Source: an uncultured Holophaga sp.
GTDB taxonomy: Bacteria > Acidobacteriota > Holophagae > Holophagales > Holophagaceae
DNA length: 64,000 bases
Assembly (NCBI GenBank): GCA_963664825.1
Contig: OY761614.1
Span: forward strand, 1,504,001-1,568,000
Direction of reading: 5' to 3'
Shown here: positions 27,925-37,313 of the stretch, piece after piece
Layout: the number at the start of each line of letters is the position of its first letter
Numbering within the stretch: position 1 is the first letter of the stretch
The notes under the pieces: generated by a model
Databases searched by the model: none
The model's input: only the letters and a program-made list of their open reading frames with translations
What the model was told of the DNA's origin: nothing
Translations under genes and position numbers: made by a program

Positions 27925-29283
27925 ATGAAGACCAGCCTTCTCACATCCCTTGTTCTGCTGTTGGCGTTGCCTGTCGGCGCACAGGAGGCCCCGGACACCG
28001 AAAAGCGCATCGCCGATCTCGAGAAGAAGATCGAGAAGCTCAGCGCCAAGAAGGAAGAGGCCAAGGAAAGTGGCCTCAGCGTCAAGTTCGGAGGCCGCTT
28101 CCATCTAGATTCCACCTATTTCAATGGGAACGACAACCGGCTGACCAACGGCACCTTCATGCGCCGGGCACGCATCAGTTTCAAGGTGGGCATGGGCAGG
28201 GACTGGGTGGGGGAAGGCGATGTCGATTTCGCCGAAGCCGCCGTCAACATCAAGGATATGTGGGTGGGCTACCAGGGATACAAGAACAGCCTCATCCAGG
28301 TGGGCCAGTTTAAGGCGCCCTTCGGCATGGATACGCTGGGCTCCTCCAACTCCACCTGGCTGATGGAGAGGTCCTACAGCGATATGTGGACACCGGACCG
28401 CCACCTGGGCGTGGGCTATTCCATCTGGGGTGAGCGCTGGCAGGCCAAGGCGAACTTCTTCGGCCAGGCCATCAACGATACGGCCGATGCCCAGGAGTCT
28501 GCTGACACCGCGACGCTTGATACGACAGGGAAAACGCCCAAGTTGGCGACCTATAAGATCGTCGAGGACCATGGCTGGGGTGCCGCCGCGCGCATCACCT
28601 TCGCACCCGTGTTGATCTCCGACACCAAGGCCATTCACCTGGGGATCGCCGCCGTCCAGCGCACGCCCAATGCGGGCGCCTTCGGTGATTATTCCGTGGA
28701 TTTTTCCGGACGCCCGGAGCAAAACAAGGTCTGCAAAGAGAAGTTCCTGAACCTCTCGATGAGCAATGTCGACAAGACCATCCAGTACGGCGCCGAGTTT
28801 GCGGGCGTGTGGAAGGCCTTCTCCTGGCAGAGCGAGTACCAGCAGACCAGGATCAATCGCCGGGAAGCCGTCGGAGCCACGGAAGCTCTCCAGGCCGCCA
28901 GCGTCGTCGATCACAAGTTCTCCACCTACTACGGCCAGGTCTCCTGGATCTTCGGTGGCCAGCGCACGTACGAAGTCAGTGACGGTCTCTTCGGCAAGGT
29001 GTCCCCCTCTTCCAAGCTTGGCGCGTTCGAACTGGTCTTCCGCTACAGCAAGATGGACCAGAACGACCTGACCGCGATCGATCCCGTCACCGGAGGCACC
29101 GCCGCGAATATGGCCGTGGGCCTGACCTGGTATACCAACAAGAACCTCCGCTGGATGCTGAACTACACTCAGGTGAACAACGGTGACTATGCCATGGCCA
29201 ACAAGGCCTACAGCCCCACCGGCGTGAAGCTTCCCAACGACGACTTCGGCTTCACCTCCATGCGCGTCCAGGTGAACTTCTAA
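27925..29283 (+). CDS. OprO/OprP-family phosphate/pyrophosphate-selective porin
   Basis: Signal peptide and coiled coil; GGRFHLD, RRARI, GQFKAPFGMD..SS..MER, FELVFRYS, GLTWY..LRWMLNY; C-terminal F. Confidence 0.9.
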   Translation: MKTSLLTSLVLLLALPVGAQEAPDTEKRIADLEKKIEKLSAKKEEAKESGLSVKFGGRFHLDSTYFNGNDNRLTNGTFMRRARISFKVGMGRDWVGEGDVDFAEAAVNIKDMWVGYQGYKNSLIQVGQFKAPFGMDTLGSSNSTWLMERSYSDMWTPDRHLGVGYSIWGERWQAKANFFGQAINDTADAQESADTATLDTTGKTPKLATYKIVEDHGWGAAARITFAPVLISDTKAIHLGIAAVQRTPNAGAFGDYSVDFSGRPEQNKVCKEKFLNLSMSNVDKTIQYGAEFAGVWKAFSWQSEYQQTRINRREAVGATEALQAASVVDHKFSTYYGQVSWIFGGQRTYEVSDGLFGKVSPSSKLGAFELVFRYSKMDQNDLTAIDPVTGGTAANMAVGLTWYTNKNLRWMLNYTQVNNGDYAMANKAYSPTGVKLPNDDFGFTSMRVQVNF

Positions 29284-29359
29284 AAGTTGTCTTGTTCCCC
29301 CGGGAATGCAGCTGGTCCCACATCCGCTCTTCCGGTCCTTCATTTCCTGGGGCTTGGTC

Positions 29360-29965
29360 ATGATTTATGAAGCTCCGATGATCATCCCTCGCTGGGAATG
29401 GCGCACCTTTTCTCCTTCCCTGAGGGCATTAAGAGGCCGTCTGAGGGGCGTCGTCTTCGACGCCCCTCAGGAGAGTTGCGAGACCTACCTGCTCTGCCTG
29501 AGGAGCTCCCACAATGCCAAAATCCGTGGGGATCAGCTCCAACTCAAATGGCGGAAGCAGGTGAGTGACGAGGGCCTGGAACTTTGGGATCCCGTCCTCC
29601 AGTCCCCCTTCCCTCTCGAGGTTCCATTTGTCATGCGCCTTCAGGATGTCTGGGGCATCGAGAATCGGTCCCTTGAGGGAGGTCCTTTCGGGAGGGATGT
29701 TTTCCTCTCGGAGATCGTGGCAGGGAGTCCTGATCTTCGGGCCGTGGTGGTTCGGAAACGCCACGAGGGTTTCGAAGTGCAGGGTGCGAAATGCAAGTTC
29801 ACCGAAATCGCGGGAGTTGTGGAGCCCTTCGAGAGCTTCTGCATCGAGCATGAGGATCCCGAGATCGTGATGCAGGTGATCCGGGAACTGGGCCTGGATG
29901 GCCGCGAAAACATCAATTACCCCAAGGGGCTCAAGCGTGCCCTTGGACTTCTTCCGACACCGTAG
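29360..29965 (+). CDS. Divergent CYTH-like protein, paralog A (alternative start 29378)
   Basis: IIPRWEWRTF..ETY..NAKIR..NINY..KR; aligns by eye along its length with 34217-34855. Confidence 0.7.
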   Translation: MIYEAPMIIPRWEWRTFSPSLRALRGRLRGVVFDAPQESCETYLLCLRSSHNAKIRGDQLQLKWRKQVSDEGLELWDPVLQSPFPLEVPFVMRLQDVWGIENRSLEGGPFGRDVFLSEIVAGSPDLRAVVVRKRHEGFEVQGAKCKFTEIAGVVEPFESFCIEHEDPEIVMQVIRELGLDGRENINYPKGLKRALGLLPTP

Positions 29966-29980
29966 GACATAGGAGCCGAC

Positions 29981-30454
29981 ATGGGCAAGGAAATCGAACG
30001 CAAGTACCTCGTGAAACTGGATACCTGGAAACCCCAGGGCGAGGGCATCCACTTCAAACAGGGCTACCTGAACTCTCAGAAAGAACGCGTCGTGCGGGTC
30101 CGCATCGAGGGCCCCAAGGCCAAGCTCACCATCAAGGGCCTCACCAAGGGCGTGACTCGCTCCGAGTTCGAGTACACGATCCCCGTAGAGGATGCTGCCC
30201 TGCTGTTGGACAACCTCTGCGAACAGCCCCTCATCGACAAGCATCGCCACAAGGAAGAGCACCACGGCAAGACCTGGGAGATCGATGTCTTCCACGGGCT
30301 CAACGAAGGGTTGGTTGTGGCCGAGATCGAGCTGGGCAGCGAGGACGAGAAGATCGTCCTCCCGGTTTGGGTGGGCGAGGAGGTCTCCAGCGATCCCCGC
30401 TATTTCAATTCCAATCTCCTGAAGAACCCCTTCACAAGTTGGGCCAAGGCATAA
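29981..30454 (+). CDS. Canonical CYTH/TTM protein (putative tripolyphosphatase)
   Basis: EIERKYLV, QGYL, VRVRI, LTIKG, RSEFEY, KHRH, WEIDVF, AEIEL and RYFNSNL. Confidence 0.92.
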   Translation: MGKEIERKYLVKLDTWKPQGEGIHFKQGYLNSQKERVVRVRIEGPKAKLTIKGLTKGVTRSEFEYTIPVEDAALLLDNLCEQPLIDKHRHKEEHHGKTWEIDVFHGLNEGLVVAEIELGSEDEKIVLPVWVGEEVSSDPRYFNSNLLKNPFTSWAKA

Positions 30455-30505
30455 TCTTCGCACTACGGGCCGTCCCACCGGACGGCCCGCTTCATTGGGC
30501 ACTCC

Positions 30506-32071
30506 ATGGCAGCCGTCGATACCCCACAACCCAAGGCCCCCACGCTCCGTGAACTTTTGGACATGGAGAAGATGGTCCTGTCTTCTAAGCCTCGCGAAGC
30601 TCAGAACGCTTCCGAGCGATGGATGCGCTACCTCGGTTTTCCTGGAGGGATCGCGCTCTTCCTTCTCGTGTACCACTTGCCCGCGGGAGCGGGTCTGAGC
30701 GCGGCGGCCCAGGCAGGCGCGGCCTGCTTCGCCATGGCCCTGGTGTGGTGGGTGACTGAGCCCTTCCCGACCTATGTCACGTCCCTGGTGCTGATGTTCC
30801 TGCTGCTCATCACCCGCACCTCCAATGCCAAGGCCATCATGGATGTGCTCGGCATGGAGGTGATCTGGCTGAACCTGCTGGCCTTCATCCTCAGCTCGAT
30901 GCTGGTCAAGACGCGACTCGCCAAGCGCATGGCGCTCTGGCTCGTGCTCCGGTTCGGGCATAAGGCCAATTGGGCGCTCCTGGCCTTCGTGATCCTCCAG
31001 CTCGCGCTCGCGCCCCTGATACCGGCGACGGCTGCGCGTTGCGTGATGACCCTGCCCCTCATGATCGTAGTGGCGGCCATCTACGGATCGACCCAGGAGA
31101 CCCCCAACAACTTTGGCAAGAACCTGATGTTGCTCAATCTTGCCTGCATCTCGGTGCTTTCCTCCGTCACCATGACCGGCAGTTCCGCCAATCTCATCGC
31201 CGTAGGGCTCATCCAAACCATGGGGGGCCATCGCGTCTACTACATGGATTGGATGCGGCTAGGGGCGCCCATCGCCATCCTTACAATGGCTTCGATGTGG
31301 ATGATTGGCCAGAAGCTACTCTTCCGGATCAAGCCCGAGGACCAGGTGCCCCATATCGAAGGTGGGCTCGATCTCGTGCGGGAACAATACGCGAAGATGG
31401 GCCCCTTCAGCTTCGGAGAGAAGAAGGCCCTGGCGATCTTCGGGGTCGTGCTCTTCCTCTGGATGACCGACGTGTTCCACATGCGCTGGTTCGGGGTGGA
31501 GATCAGCGCACCTTTCGCAGCCTTGCTGGGGGCTATTCTCGTGCTGTTCCCGCGCTGGGGCGTCCTCCAGTGGTCGGAAGCCGATATCCCCTGGCATCTG
31601 CTCATCTTCAGCGCCGGAGCCTATGCAGGTGGACTGGCGCTGGATGACACGGGCGCCGCGGAATGGGGTGTGCGGATCCTCTTTGGCGGGATGAACCTTC
31701 GGGCCGTGCCCTTCGGGATTGCCTTTACCGTGGTCATCGCTGTGATGATGTACAGCCACCTGCTCACCACCTCGAAGACGGTGCGCACCCTCATCCTGCT
31801 TCCCATCATCATCACGTTGGCCAAGACCCTGGGTTGGAACCCACTGGCCTTCGCCCTTCCCGCAGCTCTCTGCATTGACTGGGTCGTGGGACTTCCCATC
31901 AGCGGAAAACCCAACGTGATCCTGTTTTCCACCAACCAATACTCGGTGATGGACAATTTCAAATTCGGCATGGTGACCTGCACCCTCGGGGTCGTCTTCC
32001 TTGTCGTTTCCGCCGCCACCTGGTTCCACTGGCTAGGGATCACTCCCGCGTTCTGGGCGATGCCTCAATGA
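30506..32071 (+). CDS. DASS/SLC13-family anion permease
   Basis: Many transmembrane segments; WWVTEPFP, LAKRMA, TGSSAN, IPWHLLIFSAG and KPNVILF. Confidence 0.88.
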   Translation: MAAVDTPQPKAPTLRELLDMEKMVLSSKPREAQNASERWMRYLGFPGGIALFLLVYHLPAGAGLSAAAQAGAACFAMALVWWVTEPFPTYVTSLVLMFLLLITRTSNAKAIMDVLGMEVIWLNLLAFILSSMLVKTRLAKRMALWLVLRFGHKANWALLAFVILQLALAPLIPATAARCVMTLPLMIVVAAIYGSTQETPNNFGKNLMLLNLACISVLSSVTMTGSSANLIAVGLIQTMGGHRVYYMDWMRLGAPIAILTMASMWMIGQKLLFRIKPEDQVPHIEGGLDLVREQYAKMGPFSFGEKKALAIFGVVLFLWMTDVFHMRWFGVEISAPFAALLGAILVLFPRWGVLQWSEADIPWHLLIFSAGAYAGGLALDDTGAAEWGVRILFGGMNLRAVPFGIAFTVVIAVMMYSHLLTTSKTVRTLILLPIIITLAKTLGWNPLAFALPAALCIDWVVGLPISGKPNVILFSTNQYSVMDNFKFGMVTCTLGVVFLVVSAATWFHWLGITPAFWAMPQ

Positions 32072-32790
32072 AAATTCCGCGCCTGCTCTCCTGCCTCATT
32101 TTTGTATACGCCCTGTGCGGCGCAGCGGAAATCAAGTCCTACCATGTGCGCATGGATACGGCCCTGGATGGCACAGGGAAGGGCCTAGCCACGGTCCAGG
32201 CTTCGGCCTGTGCTCCAGGGCAGATGAACCTCCCTTTGGGGTTCCCTGGTATCGAGAACCTCAGGCTGGAAGAGGCTCCGGCGGGTGTTCGCCTCGAACT
32301 AGGGCCCTTGAATGGCCAAGTCTTGCTGCACGTATTCCTCCCCGAGGGCATTCCATCCGAGACCACGTTCCAGTTTTCATTCACGGTGCGACGGGCCTTC
32401 CTCGTGCCAGAACCCGGTCTCGGCGAGAAAACCTCCCTTCCCACAGGCAGTCGTCTCTTCCGCCACGCCTTCGTTAACACCCAAGAGGGAATGATCGGCA
32501 GGTACCGGTTCGAGCTCCTCTTTCCAGATGGGATGATGGCCCAAGCCATCCGGGAGCAGCTCCCCAAACCCAAGAAGAACGATGCGGGCCCGCGAGTCCA
32601 GCTCTCCAAAATCGGGGGACGCCAGGCGGCAATCCTCCAGTTCACATCCCTCAAGCAGGGAGATGACACCTCGATGTTGGTGGAATTGGTGTCCGAACGG
32701 AAGTCCAAAGGCTGGCTCCTGGCGGGGATTGTCCTGGCAGGCCTATACCTCTTCCATTTTCGTGATCTCGTGGCCCGCAAGAAATCTTGA
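32068..32790 (+). CDS. Unknown protein with signal peptide and C-terminal membrane anchor
   Basis: ATGA overlap with the permease stop; hydrophobic N- and C-termini, ending RKKS. Confidence 0.75.
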   Translation: MKIPRLLSCLIFVYALCGAAEIKSYHVRMDTALDGTGKGLATVQASACAPGQMNLPLGFPGIENLRLEEAPAGVRLELGPLNGQVLLHVFLPEGIPSETTFQFSFTVRRAFLVPEPGLGEKTSLPTGSRLFRHAFVNTQEGMIGRYRFELLFPDGMMAQAIREQLPKPKKNDAGPRVQLSKIGGRQAAILQFTSLKQGDDTSMLVELVSERKSKGWLLAGIVLAGLYLFHFRDLVARKKS

Positions 32791-32842
32791 ATTCCCATTG
32801 CCTTAACACCCGACCGCGAGAGCGGTTGTCCAGGAGAACCAA

Positions 32843-34126
32843 GTGCTTCCACCCCAAGTCATCCCTTTCCTGCTCACTCTTGCGATCAGCGTCTTGATCG
32901 GGATCGGGCTCAGGGATTACTACGAACAGGAGGGGAAGCGCGACACCTTCGGCACGGTCCGAACCTTCGTTTTCATCGGGCTCCTGGGGCTGATGCTCTA
33001 CCAGATTCCCTTCCTTGGCCCCTATGCCTTCCTGCTGGGAATGGTGGTGCTGGCGCCCTTCCTGTTGGTCTACTACAAGAACAAGGTCAGCCAGCGGAAG
33101 AGCCCAGGGCTCATCGGCGTTCTCATCGCGCTCCTCACCTACGCGGTGGGGCCCGTGGCGATCCATCAGCCCCATTGGTACCTGGTCGGTTTCGCCATCT
33201 CGATCCTCTTCATCCTGCATGCCAAGGGGCGCATCCGCCAGCTCACCGATCGCCTGGAGACCGGCGAAGTGGTCACGGCCTGCAAGTTCCTGGCGGTCAC
33301 CGGAGTGATCCTCCCCCTCATCCCAGCCTCCGTGCCTACGACCGGTGTCATGGGGCGGATCTTTGCCATCGTGCCGGTGACACCTCACCAGATCTGGATG
33401 GCTGTGGTGCTGACCATGGCCATCTCCTACCTGGGCTACGTACTTCAGACCTACCTGTACCCCAGGAAGGGTCTCCTGCTCACGGGCGTGCTCGGGGGGC
33501 TCTATTCCAGCACCATGACGGCGATGGTCATCGCCAAACAGACCCGGTCTGACGATGGGAAGGCTCATGAAGCGGCCACTGCCATCCTGATGACCACGCC
33601 GACGATGTTTCTCCGGATTCTCCTCCTGATCGCCGCATTCATGCCCGTGATGGCCCTGCGTCTCCTGCCGCCCTTCCTGATCCTCTCAGGGCTTACGGCG
33701 GGATGGGCCTTTTGGGGATGCCGGAACAAGGCCGCTGAAACCCCGGAGGAGGAACCCGATGTCGTGATGAAGGAGCGCAATCCCCTGGAACTGAACGCCG
33801 CGTTCCTGTTCGCCGTGATGTTCGTTACCGTGGCGCTGGTGACCAAGTACGTCCTGCTCTACTTCCACGATCTCGGGCTTCGCATGCTCTCCTTCCTGGT
33901 CGGCGCTTCCGATATCGTCCCCTTCATCGTGTCCATCCTGCAGGGGAACCTGGGCATCTCCGAGACCCAGATCCTCCAGGCCGTCCTCATCGCGACTGCC
34001 AGCAACAATGTGATGAAGGCCGTCTATGTCTTCCTGTTCGGACACAGGAAGACCGCGAGGCTCTGTGCCATCGGCCTGGGTGGTACGGCCCTGCTTTCCT
34101 TCGGTTACATCGCCCTGATCCGATAG
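32843..34126 (+). CDS. MgtC/SapB-DUF4010 membrane protein, paralog 1
   Basis: GTG start with SD AGGAG; LIGIG, FGTVRTF, ISYLGY, GGLYSST, NPLEL and ASNN..K. Confidence 0.85.
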   Translation: MLPPQVIPFLLTLAISVLIGIGLRDYYEQEGKRDTFGTVRTFVFIGLLGLMLYQIPFLGPYAFLLGMVVLAPFLLVYYKNKVSQRKSPGLIGVLIALLTYAVGPVAIHQPHWYLVGFAISILFILHAKGRIRQLTDRLETGEVVTACKFLAVTGVILPLIPASVPTTGVMGRIFAIVPVTPHQIWMAVVLTMAISYLGYVLQTYLYPRKGLLLTGVLGGLYSSTMTAMVIAKQTRSDDGKAHEAATAILMTTPTMFLRILLLIAAFMPVMALRLLPPFLILSGLTAGWAFWGCRNKAAETPEEEPDVVMKERNPLELNAAFLFAVMFVTVALVTKYVLLYFHDLGLRMLSFLVGASDIVPFIVSILQGNLGISETQILQAVLIATASNNVMKAVYVFLFGHRKTARLCAIGLGGTALLSFGYIALIR

Positions 34127-34216
34127 TTCGGGGCGCTTCCGCGATCCGCTTTCAACCTGGGCCCGAGCCACTGTCCGCGGTCCATTTCTTCACACTCAAT
34201 TCCAAGGAGAACTCTC

Positions 34217-34855
34217 ATGGCCGATCCTTTTGCCAAGAACGCTGCCACATCCGCCGAAGATGCTGCCAAGATCATTCCTCGCGCCGAGTTTAGGGTCTTC
34301 GGACAGGGCGTCATCGATCTCGTGAAAGAGAAGATGTGGAACGGGAAGACCTTGCTCTACCAAGCCCGGCGCATGCCGATTGAGACTTATTTCCTCAGCG
34401 CCAAGACCAACGAAGCGAATGTGAAGGTTCGTGACGGGCTATTGGACATCAAGACCAAGGTGGGTGAGACCCCGGAAGGCTACGAGATCTTCCAGCCCCG
34501 GGGCAAGTTCCAGTTTCCGGTCAAGAAGGAAGACCTGGTCACGATCTTGTCCCATCTAAAGGTGGAGATGGATCTTCGGCAGGAGAGCTATACGATCGAT
34601 GAATTCATCGCGATGGTTCGAAAGCACGCCGACCTAGCACCGGTTTCTGTTGAGAAGATGCGCTACGGCTTTACCATCGAGGGCATCATCTGCGAGTACG
34701 CTCAAGTGTGGTTGAACGGCGCCCTGGTCGAGACCGCGTGCGCCGAGAGTGAGAACTACGCGGGCATGAAGCAGGTCGTGGAAGGACTGGGCCTTGCTGC
34801 GATGCCGAACACCAACTATCTCCGCGCCGCCAAGCGCGTCGTGGGCATGGAGTAG
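34217..34855 (+). CDS. Divergent CYTH-like protein, paralog B
   Basis: IIPRAEFRVFG..ETY..NVKVRDGLLDIK..KMRYGF..CE..ESE..NTNY..KR; SD AAGGAG. Confidence 0.75.
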   Translation: MADPFAKNAATSAEDAAKIIPRAEFRVFGQGVIDLVKEKMWNGKTLLYQARRMPIETYFLSAKTNEANVKVRDGLLDIKTKVGETPEGYEIFQPRGKFQFPVKKEDLVTILSHLKVEMDLRQESYTIDEFIAMVRKHADLAPVSVEKMRYGFTIEGIICEYAQVWLNGALVETACAESENYAGMKQVVEGLGLAAMPNTNYLRAAKRVVGME

Positions 34856-34942
34856 GAGTCCTATGTCTAAGAGAAGGAGGGCTCCGCGCCCCCCTTCCCT
34901 TAGACGTGTCAAGCTCAATACACCCCCCTTCCGGAGTCCTCG

Positions 34943-36274
34943 TTGCTTCCACCCCAAGTCACCCCCTTCCTGCTCACCCTGGCCATTGGCGCGCTGATCG
35001 GCATCGGCCTGCGGGAATACTACGAGGGTGAGGGCAAGTTCGATACCTTCGGGTCCGTGCGCACCTTCGTGTTCATCGCGCTGCTGGGCTTCATGCTCTA
35101 TCAGATCCCCGGCATGGGGAATGCCGCCTTCCTGTTGGGGCTGGCGGCACTGGTCCCATTCCTGCTGATCTATTACAACAACAAGGTGCGCCAGAAGAAG
35201 AGCCCAGGCCTCATTGGCGTGCTCATCGCCCTCCTGACCTATACCACGGGGCCTGTGGCCATCCATCTCCCCCACTGGTTCCTGGTGCTCTTCGGTGTCT
35301 CGATCCTCTTCGTGCTCCATTCCAAGGGGCGGATCCGGCAGTTCACGGACCGTCTGGAGACGGGCGAAGTCGTCACGGTCTGCAAGTTCCTGGCGATCGC
35401 GGTGGTGGTGATGCCCCTCATCCCTGCCATTCCGCCCACCTCGGGGTGGGTAGGGCATGTCTTCTCCATTCTCCCCGTGACGCCCCGGCATATCTGGGCC
35501 GCCGTGGTTATCACCACCGCCATCTCCTACCTGGGATACGTGCTTCAGACCTACCTATTCCCCCGCAAGGGAATGCTGCTTACGGGCTTGGTGGGAGGAG
35601 TCTATTCGAGCACCGTTACCGTGTTGGTGCTGGCCAAGAAATCCAAGCGCAACCCGGGTCATGATCGGGAGGCCGCGGCCTCCATCTTGCTGGCGGTGAG
35701 CATGATGTACCTCCGGCTGCTCGTATTGATCGCCATCTTCCGCTTCCACATGGCGCTGGAGGTGGGGCCGGCCCTCCTGGTGCTGGCGGCGCTGGCGGCG
35801 GGTTACGCCCTGTGGGTGCGCCGGGATCCCAAGGCCTTTCCGGACCCGGAGATCCCGGGGACTGAGCCCCTTGCGGGGGCAGCTCCCGCAGTGCCAGGAG
35901 AGCCAACGGAACCCGCCCTGCGGAAAAATCCCCTGGAGATCAATTCCGCGCTCTTCTTCGCCTTCATGTTCGTGGCGACCTCTCTGGCGACCAAATATGT
36001 CCTGGTCTACTTCAAGGAGCTCGGTCTGCGGATGCTGTCATTCGTGGTGGGCTGTTCGGATATCACGCCCTTCGTGGTCTCTGTATTGCAGGGCAATCTG
36101 GGAATCGGCACGCCTCAGATCCTGCAGGCCATCATCATTGCCAGCGCCAGCAACAATATGCTCAAGGTGGCTTACGCGTATCTGTTCGGCACCCGTCGTA
36201 CCGCCAATCTGGCGGCGGTGGCCATGGTCTTCCTGGCGGTGATTTCAGTCCTCTACGCCCTGGTGGCCATCTAG
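34943..36274 (+). CDS. MgtC/SapB-DUF4010 membrane protein, paralog 2
   Basis: TTG start; same motifs as 32843-34126, with long near-identical protein stretches. Confidence 0.85.
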   Translation: MLPPQVTPFLLTLAIGALIGIGLREYYEGEGKFDTFGSVRTFVFIALLGFMLYQIPGMGNAAFLLGLAALVPFLLIYYNNKVRQKKSPGLIGVLIALLTYTTGPVAIHLPHWFLVLFGVSILFVLHSKGRIRQFTDRLETGEVVTVCKFLAIAVVVMPLIPAIPPTSGWVGHVFSILPVTPRHIWAAVVITTAISYLGYVLQTYLFPRKGMLLTGLVGGVYSSTVTVLVLAKKSKRNPGHDREAAASILLAVSMMYLRLLVLIAIFRFHMALEVGPALLVLAALAAGYALWVRRDPKAFPDPEIPGTEPLAGAAPAVPGEPTEPALRKNPLEINSALFFAFMFVATSLATKYVLVYFKELGLRMLSFVVGCSDITPFVVSVLQGNLGIGTPQILQAIIIASASNNMLKVAYAYLFGTRRTANLAAVAMVFLAVISVLYALVAI

Positions 36275-36296
36275 TTTCAAGTGATCGGAAGTCTTC

Positions 36297-37313
36297 ATGA
36301 AATCCAGAGTTCTTATCCTCTTCGTTCTTCTTGCCCTGGGGCTCGATGCGAAGGTACCTCTTCCTGTCTTCACCGTCCTAGAGACAGGCAAGACTCCTTC
36401 ATTCTCGAGGAGCGGCCCCCGCCGCCAGGATTTGAGCGCCGCCGTCTGTGTCGATGGACGGGCCTACCTGGCCTATGATGGCGGAGCAAACTCGGAGCAT
36501 CCCGAGATCCGCGTGGCTCCTCTTTCAGGGATCCAGCAAGAAAGCGTTCCGCTGCATAGGGTGGTTGGCCAGAAGGATCTCGAAGGAATGACCTTTCACG
36601 GGGGGCGGTTCTATGTGGTCTCTGCGCTTTCCCAGGCCGATGAGGACATGGAGGCCTTTCGGCTACTGACAGAATTCTCCCTGGATCCCACGGGGCGCTT
36701 TGTGCGGAATGAACGTTCCGTGGTGATTCGAGATCTACTCCTGGAATCCCTGAAATCGCTTCCCGACGAGGGCTGGTACTCGCGAGTCGCAGCCACTTTC
36801 GGCGTAAAGGGGGGGCTCAATGTCGAGGGTATCTCCTGGGTACCGGATCAGCCCGAGACCCTCGTCATCGGTTTGCGCTCGCCCCTCTGGGGAACCTCTT
36901 TCGGGGATCCCACGTTTGGTAAAGCCTTTGCCCTAGATCGCGGGCAGGCAATCCTCGCCTTTGTGACTCGTCCCTTTTCGGATCGACCCACCCTGCGATT
37001 GGAAACGCTCGATCTGGAGGGAAAGGGGGTGCGGGACATCCAGTACATTCCCGATTTGGGAGGCTACTTGGTGATCGGAGGACCCGTGGATAGGGCCGCA
37101 GGCTTTTCGCTGTGGTTGTATCGAGGGAGCGGCAAGCCCGAGCGCATCCCTATCCCCGAATTCGAAGGTCTCTGCCGTCCCGAGGCCATCATGGCCGTTC
37201 CGGGATGTCAGGAACTCTATATCTTCAGCGAGGAGGGAGGGGCCTTCTGTGAAGCACCCGCCTATACATACGTGCGCCTGGGATACCGTTTCGTAGCAGA
37301 GGCACGAAAATGA
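36297..37313 (+). CDS. Secreted DUF3616-like (probable beta-propeller) protein
   Basis: Signal peptide; DLEG, GGLNVEG, IGLRSP, LDLEGKGVRDI and PEAI. Confidence 0.65.
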   Translation: MKSRVLILFVLLALGLDAKVPLPVFTVLETGKTPSFSRSGPRRQDLSAAVCVDGRAYLAYDGGANSEHPEIRVAPLSGIQQESVPLHRVVGQKDLEGMTFHGGRFYVVSALSQADEDMEAFRLLTEFSLDPTGRFVRNERSVVIRDLLLESLKSLPDEGWYSRVAATFGVKGGLNVEGISWVPDQPETLVIGLRSPLWGTSFGDPTFGKAFALDRGQAILAFVTRPFSDRPTLRLETLDLEGKGVRDIQYIPDLGGYLVIGGPVDRAAGFSLWLYRGSGKPERIPIPEFEGLCRPEAIMAVPGCQELYIFSEEGGAFCEAPAYTYVRLGYRFVAEARK

